Shown one piece after another: positions 37,605 through 45,642 of a stretch of DNA of 64,000 nucleotides (positions are counted from its first letter, which is position 1; the number at the start of each line of letters is the position of its first letter). The position numbers and the translations under genes were made by a program. The notes beneath the pieces are model-generated. The model did no database searches and was not told the origin of the DNA. It saw only the letters and a list, made by a program, of their open reading frames with translations. Where the stretch lies: the NCBI GenBank assembly GCA_963676565.1, contig OY781089.1:3168001-3232000 (forward strand). Reading direction: 5' to 3'. This DNA comes from Halarcobacter sp. Lineage in GTDB: Bacteria > Campylobacterota > Campylobacteria > Campylobacterales > Arcobacteraceae.

Positions 37605-39341
37605 TTATTTAAACTTTCCACTACCCTCAGTTAATAGCAATTCTATCATTCTTGCTATCTCTTCTGGGTTACTATTTATCTCTTTATCTAAAGCCTCAAT
37701 CAACACTTCATATTTTGCAGCATTTTCTTCATCTAAACCTTCTAGATTATTCATGATTTGACTTTTTACTTTTGCTTTCAATCTACCTTGTGCAGTTGAA
37801 GCATCAAATTCATCCTCATAATTTGACATAAATTCATCCATAAATTTATCATCAATAGGATTTCCATCTTTATCTATTTTTTGAGGTTGTCCATTCTCAC
37901 CAATAACAACAACTTCGTGATTTACTATAAATTTCTTATAAAAAACAAAAAGTAAGATTGCTGCAATAAGATATTGAAAATATTCACTAAAATCTCTTAA
38001 AATTGATTTTACCATAGCCAAGGTATCTACAACATCGCCATCGGATGCACTACTTTGAACTGCATTTCCATTGACATCAACTTGTTGATTTCCTGTTGTT
38101 GCAGTATTCAAAAATTTAAAATCTCTTACTGTGATTTTATCACCTCTATTTTCATCAAAACCAATTGTATCTTGAACTACAGATTCAATTGAAGCTAAAA
38201 ACTCGTCTCTATTTTGCACATCAGCTAAAATTGATGAGTCAAAGGTAACTGCAGCTGTAACTCTTTTAACTTGTGAATAATTATTACTTTTTTCTTCAAT
38301 TAATTTTTTTGAAATTTCGTAATTAGTTATAGTTTTCGCACTCTCGTTATTTGATTGACTAGAATTATTTCCATTAGCACCATCTGGAGTTTGAATATTG
38401 TTTTCAACCCCCGCTGTTCCACCAGTTTGGGTACCATTACCAGAAGAACTTGCTGTACTTTCTGTTGTTTGTTGACTTCTAATTGTCCCTTCAGGTTCAT
38501 ATATCTCTTCTTGAATATGTCTTTTTTTAAATTCTAAATCTAAAGAAACCCTTGCAACGACTCTTCCTACACCAACAAAAGGTTCAAGTAATGCAACTAT
38601 TTTATCTTCATAATCCTCTTCAAGCTTTTGTTTATATTTATTTTGTGTAAGAGATTTTTGATTTTCCATATCATCTGAAGACATTTGAAGTAAAGCTCCA
38701 TCTTGATCAATCAATTGGATATTTTCAACTTTTAAATTTGATACAGCAGATGAAATGAAATTTTTAATCCCGTCAATTTGTTTTTGTGTTAAAAAAACAC
38801 CTGGTTTTAATGAAATAACAGCTGATGCAGTTGGATCAGTTTTTCTTTCTGTAAATATTGTTTCTTTTGGAATTGCGACTTTAACACTTGCTCTTAAAAT
38901 CCCAGATAAAGATTCCAAAGATCTTGATAATTCACCCTCAAGGGCTCTTAAATATTTAACTTTATTTTCAAAGTTTGTTGTTCCTAAAGAAGATTTTTCA
39001 AAAATCTCCCAACCTGCATGATTACTTGTAGCAGCTTCACTTGTAACAAGTTTTATTTTTGCAATATTTACAAAATCTTTAGATGTTTTTAATGTTAAAT
39101 TATCACCACTACCTATAACTGAAAACTGAATACCTGAAGCTTCTAACTCATTTGATGCTAACATAACTTGGTTTTTTGTTAAATTTGTTGCAATGGTGTA
39201 ATTTAATTTTTTATCTTGGGCTTTTATATTTGAGTAAACTAACAATCCAATTAAGAGTATAAATAATACTGAAAATCCTCCTATAATTACAGCTCTTTGG
39301 GCAGCATTTAGATTGTTAATAAACTTTAAAAGTTGATCCAT
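37605..39341 (-). CDS. fliF: MS-ring protein FliF
   Basis: Two TM helices; motifs GWEIF, YLRALEGELSRS, PTASA, NYEISK, RGDKITV. Confidence 0.96.
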   Translation of the reverse strand: MDQLLKFINNLNAAQRAVIIGGFSVLFILLIGLLVYSNIKAQDKKLNYTIATNLTKNQVMLASNELEASGIQFSVIGSGDNLTLKTSKDFVNIAKIKLVTSEAATSNHAGWEIFEKSSLGTTNFENKVKYLRALEGELSRSLESLSGILRASVKVAIPKETIFTERKTDPTASAVISLKPGVFLTQKQIDGIKNFISSAVSNLKVENIQLIDQDGALLQMSSDDMENQKSLTQNKYKQKLEEDYEDKIVALLEPFVGVGRVVARVSLDLEFKKRHIQEEIYEPEGTIRSQQTTESTASSSGNGTQTGGTAGVENNIQTPDGANGNNSSQSNNESAKTITNYEISKKLIEEKSNNYSQVKRVTAAVTFDSSILADVQNRDEFLASIESVVQDTIGFDENRGDKITVRDFKFLNTATTGNQQVDVNGNAVQSSASDGDVVDTLAMVKSILRDFSEYFQYLIAAILLFVFYKKFIVNHEVVVIGENGQPQKIDKDGNPIDDKFMDEFMSNYEDEFDASTAQGRLKAKVKSQIMNNLEGLDEENAAKYEVLIEALDKEINSNPEEIARMIELLLTEGSGKFK

Positions 39342-39357
39342 ATATAAATTATCCTAA

Positions 39358-39765
39358 TTAATTTTTTTGTGATGATTCAATTACAGATCTGAACAATCTT
39401 GAATCCTTTGTAATAGATGATTGTAATGCATCGAAAATCATTTTATTTTTTGACATCTCACTCATTTGAGTATCTAAATTTACATTATTACCATCTGTTT
39501 GTTCTTCTAAACCTTTTACTTGCGTAAGTGTAGCTTGATTTTTGTTAGTAGTTTCATTAAATCCACTCATATGCATTGAATTTGTTTTTGACATTTGTAA
39601 GTCTTTACCCAAATCAACTTTTTGCAATTCATGTTCAAAAACTAAATCTTTTGTTTTATATCCAGGAGTATTTATATTCGCAATATTACTTGAAATTACT
39701 TTTTGTCTATCACTTCTAAAACTTAACTGATTAAAAAGTAAATCTGTTACTGTACTAGGTTTCAT
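39358..39765 (-). CDS. flgB: Basal-body rod protein FlgB
   Basis: Motifs RQKVISSNIANINTPGYK and DGNNVNLDTQM. Confidence 0.97.
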   Translation of the reverse strand: MKPSTVTDLLFNQLSFRSDRQKVISSNIANINTPGYKTKDLVFEHELQKVDLGKDLQMSKTNSMHMSGFNETTNKNQATLTQVKGLEEQTDGNNVNLDTQMSEMSKNKMIFDALQSSITKDSRLFRSVIESSQKN

Positions 39766-40493
39766 TATTTAGTGTTACTTCCTATTTTTTCTATTAAGCT
39801 TCCATTTAACTCATCAATTGTTTTTACAGCTCTTTGTGCTTGATCAAACCGTCTATGAGCATCTATTAATTCTACCATTGTAGTTACACTATTAACATTT
39901 GATTTTTCAATCGATCCTTGTCTTAATTGTCCATCATTATTCTCAAAAACTTGAATAAAGGCTCCATTTTCTTTCTCTTTAAAATTATTGTCTTTAAACT
40001 TTTCTAATTCATTAAAATCAATTTTAGCAACTGAAATTTGATTAATAAAACCTTCCTCTTCAACTGCAATTGCTTCATTGTCAACACTTAAAACATATTG
40101 TCCATTAGAATCAACTAATAAACCTTCTGCATTAATTTTAAAAGCTCCATCTCTAGTGTAAACTATCTCTCCACTTTCATCTTGAATTCTAAAAAATGTA
40201 TCTGATTGACTTAATGAAAAATCTAAAGTATTACCTGTAGTTACAATTGCACCTTTTTCTTCATTTACAAATTTTGTATCCATTTTTGGTATTGTATTAG
40301 TAACTTCATTTATTTTTGTAGGGGCAAAGCCCTCATTTCTAGCTCTTTGTAAATAATAATTAAATGAACCTTCACTTGTACCCTCTTGCTTAAAACCATT
40401 TGTTGTACTATTTGCTAAATTATTAGAAATCATATCAATTCTATTGATTTGATTAATCATTGAAGCAGCTAGTGGGTAAGTACCTTGATTCAT
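39765..40493 (-). CDS. flgF: Basal-body rod protein FlgF
   Basis: Motifs ISNNLANSTTNGFK, YTRDGAF, EKSNVNSVTTMVELI; 242 aa. Confidence 0.85.
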   Translation of the reverse strand: MNQGTYPLAASMINQINRIDMISNNLANSTTNGFKQEGTSEGSFNYYLQRARNEGFAPTKINEVTNTIPKMDTKFVNEEKGAIVTTGNTLDFSLSQSDTFFRIQDESGEIVYTRDGAFKINAEGLLVDSNGQYVLSVDNEAIAVEEEGFINQISVAKIDFNELEKFKDNNFKEKENGAFIQVFENNDGQLRQGSIEKSNVNSVTTMVELIDAHRRFDQAQRAVKTIDELNGSLIEKIGSNTK

Positions 40494-40505
40494 TTATTCT
40501 CCTTA

Positions 40506-41540
40506 TTATTTATTAAATTCAGCAATTAACGCTTCTAAATCGTCATCACCAACTAAATCATCATTTTTATCACCATGGATATGTTTAGCTATGGCAACCT
40601 CTTCTCTATTATTCTCATCTTCAAATAGATTGTTTAAATATGTTGATAGTTTTCTAATTACTGACATTACTCTTTCAATCTTTTGTCTGTTGATATCATG
40701 ATATTGCATTAATTCCATTGCTTGAAATATCTCTGTACTTCCATCATTTATTTTTTCATTTGCATCATTTATATATGCTGCCATTTGATTTGCTTGTTCT
40801 AAATTTTGTTGAAAAGCATTAATATTTGGAAACTTTTGACTCAAAGATGATAACATAGCTATTTGCTTTTCATTAAAGCCACTTAAAGCTTGTATATCAT
40901 TTTGAATTGCATTATTATAATCTAATATATTACTTAATACATCAAAGATTTTTGTTGCTTTCTCTTCTGAATCATTTGCAACGGCACTTAATTGGTTTAC
41001 AACTTTTGTATCCTCTTCAACAGGGAATGGAAATACTCCTGAATTTATCTTATAATCTAAATTATCTTCATCTTCTTCTTTTGAAGGAGTTTCCATTTGT
41101 GCTTGAATAGAAGGTGTTTCTTCACTAATGCCTTCAATTGAATTTAAAATATCATCAAAGTTTTCTTCAGGTGCTTGAGTAATTGATTCTTCTTTTATGT
41201 CCTCAACAATTTTGTCTTCAGAAATATCATCATTGTTATTGCCAATATCCAATTCTTTCAAAATATCGTCAATATTAGTTTCTTCTTGACTTGTACTCTC
41301 ATCTTCATTTTCAGAAGACTCTAAACTTGAAAGTATCTCATCTATGCTTTCATCTTTTGCAGCATCTGAGAAAACTGCCTCATTTGAAGCTTCTTCAGTT
41401 TCTTCTATTAATTTATTAATATCATCTTCGGACATACTTTCATGGGATTCAATCTCTTCATTAGTCTGTTCTTCTGATTCACCCTCATTGAAATCTAAGC
41501 CATTCATCAAAGATTCTATTTCTTCTTGACTCATACTCAT
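40506..41540 (-). CDS. cheZ: Campylobacterota-type CheZ phosphatase with an extended acidic N-terminus
   Basis: Catalytic D-x3-Q motif in MQYHDINRQKIERV; C-terminal DDLEALIAEF CheY-binding helix; adjacent to cheY. Confidence 0.85.
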   Translation of the reverse strand: MSMSQEEIESLMNGLDFNEGESEEQTNEEIESHESMSEDDINKLIEETEEASNEAVFSDAAKDESIDEILSSLESSENEDESTSQEETNIDDILKELDIGNNNDDISEDKIVEDIKEESITQAPEENFDDILNSIEGISEETPSIQAQMETPSKEEDEDNLDYKINSGVFPFPVEEDTKVVNQLSAVANDSEEKATKIFDVLSNILDYNNAIQNDIQALSGFNEKQIAMLSSLSQKFPNINAFQQNLEQANQMAAYINDANEKINDGSTEIFQAMELMQYHDINRQKIERVMSVIRKLSTYLNNLFEDENNREEVAIAKHIHGDKNDDLVGDDDLEALIAEFNK

Positions 41541-41566
41541 AACTACACCTCGTTAATTGAAATTAT

Positions 41567-41938
41567 TTATTTTTTTAAAACTCCGTCAAGTTTTTCTTTT
41601 AAAATTTGTGCATTAAATGGCTTAACAATATAATTATTTACCCCAGCTTTAAGTGCTGTGATAACCTCTCCTTTACCACCTTCAGTAGTAATCATAATAA
41701 TTGGAGTTTTCTGATGATTTCCCTCAGACCTAACTTTTTTAACTAAATCAAGTCCATTCATATTTGGCATGTTCCAGTCAGTTAAGATAATATCGTACTG
41801 TGTTTCAGTTAACAATTTCCATGCTTTAACACCATCTTCAGCTTCATCAAACTCTTCTTTTGAATAACCAAGTTGCATTACAACATTACCTATAATCCTT
41901 CTCATAGTGGAACTATCGTCAACTATTAAAATTCTCAT
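41567..41938 (-). CDS. cheY: Chemotaxis response regulator CheY
   Basis: Single receiver domain: VDDSSTMRRI, TDWNMPNMNG, MITTEG, YIVKPF. Confidence 0.95.
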   Translation of the reverse strand: MRILIVDDSSTMRRIIGNVVMQLGYSKEEFDEAEDGVKAWKLLTETQYDIILTDWNMPNMNGLDLVKKVRSEGNHQKTPIIMITTEGGKGEVITALKAGVNNYIVKPFNAQILKEKLDGVLKK

Positions 41939-41976
41939 ATCTATACCTTTTTTTAAACTATTCTCAAAATCCCATT

Positions 41977-42066
41977 ATTATATATTATTTGTTTTAAATT
42001 TACACTTAATATCATTCTTAATAAAATTATCATTTTATCTAATTTTAAAAATTCTTTAAATATAAT
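41977..42066. promoter_or_regulatory. Divergent sigma70-type promoter region for cheY (minus) and flgG (plus)
   Basis: TATAAT on the minus strand at 41982-41977 and on the plus strand at 42061-42066, each ~30-40 nt from its start codon. Confidence 0.55.
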
Positions 42067-42094
42067 CTAAGAAATTAGTAAAAAGGATAAAGCT

Positions 42095-42883
42095 ATGATT
42101 AGAGGTTTATACACAGCTGCAACAGGAATGACTGCAAATCAACATAGTATTGATGTAACATCAAACAATATAGCAAATGTTAATACAATGGGGTTCAAAC
42201 AAGATAGAGCAGAATTTCAAGACTTAATGTATGAATCTTTAAACTTCACAGCAGGACAAACTTCAGAAATATCTACAAACCCGACTGGAATGGATGTTGG
42301 ACTTGGTGTAAGAGTTTCTGGTATCCAAAAAAACTTTTTACAAGGTGATTTAAAATTAACCTCAAATACTCTTGATTTAGCTATTGAAGGTAACGGATTT
42401 TTCCAAGTTACTATGCCTGATGGTGAGATTGGTTATACAAGGAATGGTGCTTTTAAGCTTGATGCAGAAGGAAACATAGTAAATGGAAATGGTTACCTTT
42501 TAGAACCTCAAATAACTATTCCTGAAAACTTAACTAATCTTTCAATAGGTAGTGATGGAACAGTTACAGCAGAAGATCCTACTACAGGTGCAGTTACTAA
42601 TCTTGGTCAAATTACTCTTGTAGACTTTATTAATCCTGCAGGATTAACACCAGCAGGTGAATCTTTATTTAGAGTAAGTGAAGCTTCAGGTGAACCTATA
42701 GAAGGAGTAGCAACAGAAGATCAATTTGGTTCAATCAACCAAGGTATGGTTGAGTTATCAAACGTAAAGCTTGTTAATGAAATGGTTGATCTTATTACTG
42801 CACAAAGAGCCTATGAAGCAAACTCAAAAGCAATAACAACTGCTGATAGTATGCTTGATACTGTTAATACATTAAAAAGATAA
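42095..42883 (+). CDS. flgG: Distal rod protein FlgG
   Basis: Motifs SNNIANVNTMGFK, EFQDLMY, DLAIEGNGFF, EMVDLITAQRAYEANSKAI; 262 aa. Confidence 0.97.
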   Translation: MIRGLYTAATGMTANQHSIDVTSNNIANVNTMGFKQDRAEFQDLMYESLNFTAGQTSEISTNPTGMDVGLGVRVSGIQKNFLQGDLKLTSNTLDLAIEGNGFFQVTMPDGEIGYTRNGAFKLDAEGNIVNGNGYLLEPQITIPENLTNLSIGSDGTVTAEDPTTGAVTNLGQITLVDFINPAGLTPAGESLFRVSEASGEPIEGVATEDQFGSINQGMVELSNVKLVNEMVDLITAQRAYEANSKAITTADSMLDTVNTLKR

Positions 42884-42899
42884 TTTCTAAATTAGCTTC

Positions 42900-43343
42900 A
42901 TGTCACTAAATTTAGAAGAGCTAAAAAAACTTCGAGAAGAAAACTTTAAGAAGCATAAAAACAAAAAAAGAGAGTACTATTTAAAAAGTAAAGAAAAAAG
43001 TACTGATCCTAAATACAAAAATTATAAAGAGATTGATTACGCACAAGAACTTAATAATGAAAACTTTGAAAAAAACATTAAATTAATTGCAAAAAAGCAA
43101 AAAGCTCATATTGATGATAGAAAAGATCAAATTGTTCAAAAAATAGAAGAATATCGGGAAAAGAAACAAACTTATTATCAAAAAAACCGAGAAAAAAGAT
43201 TAGAATATGATAAAGAATATAGAGAGAAGAAAAAAGAGCAATTAAAAGAGTACAGAAGAGAATATTACAAAAGAAATAAAGAAAAAATTTTACAAAAACA
43301 AAAAGAAAAAAGAAAATCACTAAAAGAAGAAAACAATGGCTGA
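42900..43343 (+). CDS. Highly charged K/E/R/Y-rich hypothetical protein
   Basis: 147-aa ORF packed between flgG and the next gene (8-bp overlap); recurring YYxxNxEK-type segments. Confidence 0.7.
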   Translation: MSLNLEELKKLREENFKKHKNKKREYYLKSKEKSTDPKYKNYKEIDYAQELNNENFEKNIKLIAKKQKAHIDDRKDQIVQKIEEYREKKQTYYQKNREKRLEYDKEYREKKKEQLKEYRREYYKRNKEKILQKQKEKRKSLKEENNG

Positions 43344-44502
43344 AAAAACAGATGAAGAGATTATAGAGGAATTATCACTTGAAGCAAGTAATGATATTTC
43401 AGATGAAGCGGCTTTAGAAGAACTTACAATAAAAGATGACACAATAGACGACACTAATATTACCCCTAAATCTACTAATAAAACAAATGAGAAAGTAGAA
43501 ACAACAAATGAAAATGTAATTGAGAATGAAGATAAAGATGATGCTGAACTATCGTCAAAAAAAGAGGACTTAAATCCTGATGAAATTCCTGTCCAGAAAA
43601 AACAATCTAAACTACAAAAAATACTTATTGGTGTAGTTTCATTTTTAGTTTTAATTCTTATACTTGGTACTATTTTATATTTTACTGGTTTTTTTGATCC
43701 AGAGCCTATAAAAAAAGTTGAACAAGTTGTACAAAAGAAACCAGAACCTCAAATTGTTTTTGATGAAGATGAAATTAATAAAAAATCCCTTAATAAAAAA
43801 CTTACAAGATTAACAAAAACAGAAATAATGAATAAAGAAGAATTAGAAGCAGAAGAACAAAGAATAAAAGAAGAAGAAAGAAAGAAAAAAGAAGAAGAGC
43901 AAAAAGCTATCGAAGAAAAGAAAAAAGAAGAAGAGGCAAAATTAGCAGCACAATTTGCAAAAATAGAAGCAGAGAAACAAGCATTAAAAGAGCAACAAGA
44001 TAAAATAAAACAAGAACAAGAAAACTTCTTAAAACTTCAAGAGGAAGCTACAAAAGAGTTCGAAAAGAAAAAAAATGAATTATTAAGCAGTTTAGAAAAC
44101 AATTCAAACGATACTATGCAAAAGCAAGAGACAACTACTGAAGTAAATCAAAATGAGTCTATAAAAGAAGATCAAAATCAAGAAGAAGATTTATATTCAG
44201 AAGAAGCAATGAATAATCAAAAAATTGAAGAAACTAAAGAGATTAATACATTTTTATCATTTATAAATGTAGCAACAATAGAAGGAGAATTATACAAATC
44301 ATTTCTAGATAAAGTAACAAAAATAGATAATAATGTATCTTTATGTAGAGATAATAAAAATAGAGTTGAGATTTATTTTGGCCCATATTATTCAAATAAT
44401 GAAAGGGAAAAAGTCTTAAATAATTTATTAGAAAATGGTTTTAAATATTCATATTCAGTAGATTTCACTCAAGAAGAGTATAATAAAAGATGTAAGTATT
44501 AG
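43336..44502 (+). CDS. Bitopic membrane protein with an E/K-rich helix and a C-terminal SPOR-like domain
   Basis: Acidic N-terminus, one TM helix (ILIGVVSFLVLILILGTILYF), long charged helix, C-terminal VEIYFGPY...EKVLNNL..NGF. Confidence 0.7.
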   Translation: MAEKTDEEIIEELSLEASNDISDEAALEELTIKDDTIDDTNITPKSTNKTNEKVETTNENVIENEDKDDAELSSKKEDLNPDEIPVQKKQSKLQKILIGVVSFLVLILILGTILYFTGFFDPEPIKKVEQVVQKKPEPQIVFDEDEINKKSLNKKLTRLTKTEIMNKEELEAEEQRIKEEERKKKEEEQKAIEEKKKEEEAKLAAQFAKIEAEKQALKEQQDKIKQEQENFLKLQEEATKEFEKKKNELLSSLENNSNDTMQKQETTTEVNQNESIKEDQNQEEDLYSEEAMNNQKIEETKEINTFLSFINVATIEGELYKSFLDKVTKIDNNVSLCRDNKNRVEIYFGPYYSNNEREKVLNNLLENGFKYSYSVDFTQEEYNKRCKY

Positions 44503-44509
44503 AAACTTT

Positions 44510-45040
44510 TTATGAGTTTTCTAATATTTCAAAAGAGTTTTTAACTTCAATTCTTTTATTATCAACATCCATATTAATAACATAATTTTCAAATTTAAAA
44601 GGTATTAAGAAGTTTTTAGGAAGGTTCTCTTTTACTAATGATTCATCTGTATCAATTTCCATATAATCATCAAGTGGAAACCTATGCATCTCTTTTACAA
44701 TACCTAAAATTTTTCCATCTTCAAAAACTTTACATCCAACAATATCAAACCAGAAAAATTCATTTTCATCAAGTTGACAATTGTTTTTTGTTTCCTCTAC
44801 TGAAGCATAAAGTTCTTGATTAGTTAATTTTTTAGCAATATCCATATCATCATAATTTTCAAATTTTATTAAATCACGTGAAGGAATATATTCTGAAACT
44901 TTTAGAGTTATTTTTTTATTTGTAGTAAAAGTTACACCTTTTTTAAATTGCTCAGGAAAGTCAGAGTCAATAAAAAGTCTTAAATGACCTTTTAAGCCAA
45001 CTGCCTTTCCTAATTTTGCAACATAAATTTTATCAGTCAT
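44510..45040 (-). CDS. rimM: Ribosome maturation factor RimM
   Basis: Motifs VAKLGKAVGLKG and EFFWFDIVGC; rpsP-khpA-rimM synteny. Confidence 0.95.
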   Translation of the reverse strand: MTDKIYVAKLGKAVGLKGHLRLFIDSDFPEQFKKGVTFTTNKKITLKVSEYIPSRDLIKFENYDDMDIAKKLTNQELYASVEETKNNCQLDENEFFWFDIVGCKVFEDGKILGIVKEMHRFPLDDYMEIDTDESLVKENLPKNFLIPFKFENYVINMDVDNKRIEVKNSFEILENS

Positions 45041-45050
45041 AACTTGTTAA

Positions 45051-45293
45051 TTAAGAGTTTGCAAGAACTTGTATTTTATAAGATACACCATCTTTAGCTT
45101 TACAACCATTAGCCATAGTTTTTAAAGCATTAATCATATTTCCATTTTTGCCAATTAGCTTTCCAATATCTGAAGAATCTGCTTTTATTGTAATTTCAGT
45201 AAAAGTATCATCAACTTTTTTTGTACTAATAGTAATATCATTAGGTTTACTAACAATAAGTTTTGCGTAGTTCTCTATAAAATTTGTAATCAT
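45051..45293 (-). CDS. khpA: KH-domain RNA-binding protein KhpA
   Basis: KH motif DIGKLIGKNG; lies between rpsP and rimM. Confidence 0.9.
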   Translation of the reverse strand: MITNFIENYAKLIVSKPNDITISTKKVDDTFTEITIKADSSDIGKLIGKNGNMINALKTMANGCKAKDGVSYKIQVLANS

Positions 45294-45312
45294 GTTATAT
45301 TGTATAATAAAA

Positions 45313-45543
45313 TTACTTTTGAGATGCTAATTTTTTAACTTTTTCAGATGGTTTAGCACCAACACCTAACCAATAGTTATATCTCTCTTCATCAATTTTT
45401 AATACTTTTGGTTCAGAAACTGGGTTATAGTATCCAATTGATTCAATCCAACCTGAATCTCTTCTTTTTCTTGAGTCTGTTACAACGATTCTATAAAATG
45501 GTTTTTTGTTTCTTCCCATTCTTGTTAATCTAATTACTGTCAT
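45313..45543 (-). CDS. rpsP: 30S ribosomal protein S16
   Basis: [22 protein letters not shown]...IGYYNP. Confidence 0.98.
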   Translation of the reverse strand: MTVIRLTRMGRNKKPFYRIVVTDSRKRRDSGWIESIGYYNPVSEPKVLKIDEERYNYWLGVGAKPSEKVKKLASQK

Positions 45544-45569
45544 ATTTTCTTTCCTTGTTAATTTATATT

Positions 45570-45631
45570 TTAGTATTGAATTCTAAACTCTATCCTTTAT
45601 AAAAATAAAAGAGTTTACAACTCAATACTAA
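45570..45631 (-). other. Long (~22-bp) imperfect stem-loop between ffh and rpsP
   Basis: Arms 45570-45591 and 45610-45631 are inverted repeats, with one G-U and one G-G on the mRNA strand. Confidence 0.7.
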
Positions 45632-45642
45632 TTAAGTTTTAC

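Noticed and set aside
42900..43343. Possible HNH/homing endonuclease or phage remnant
   Set aside because: No Cys/His nuclease motif and no mobile-element context; kept only as an uncharacterised charged protein.
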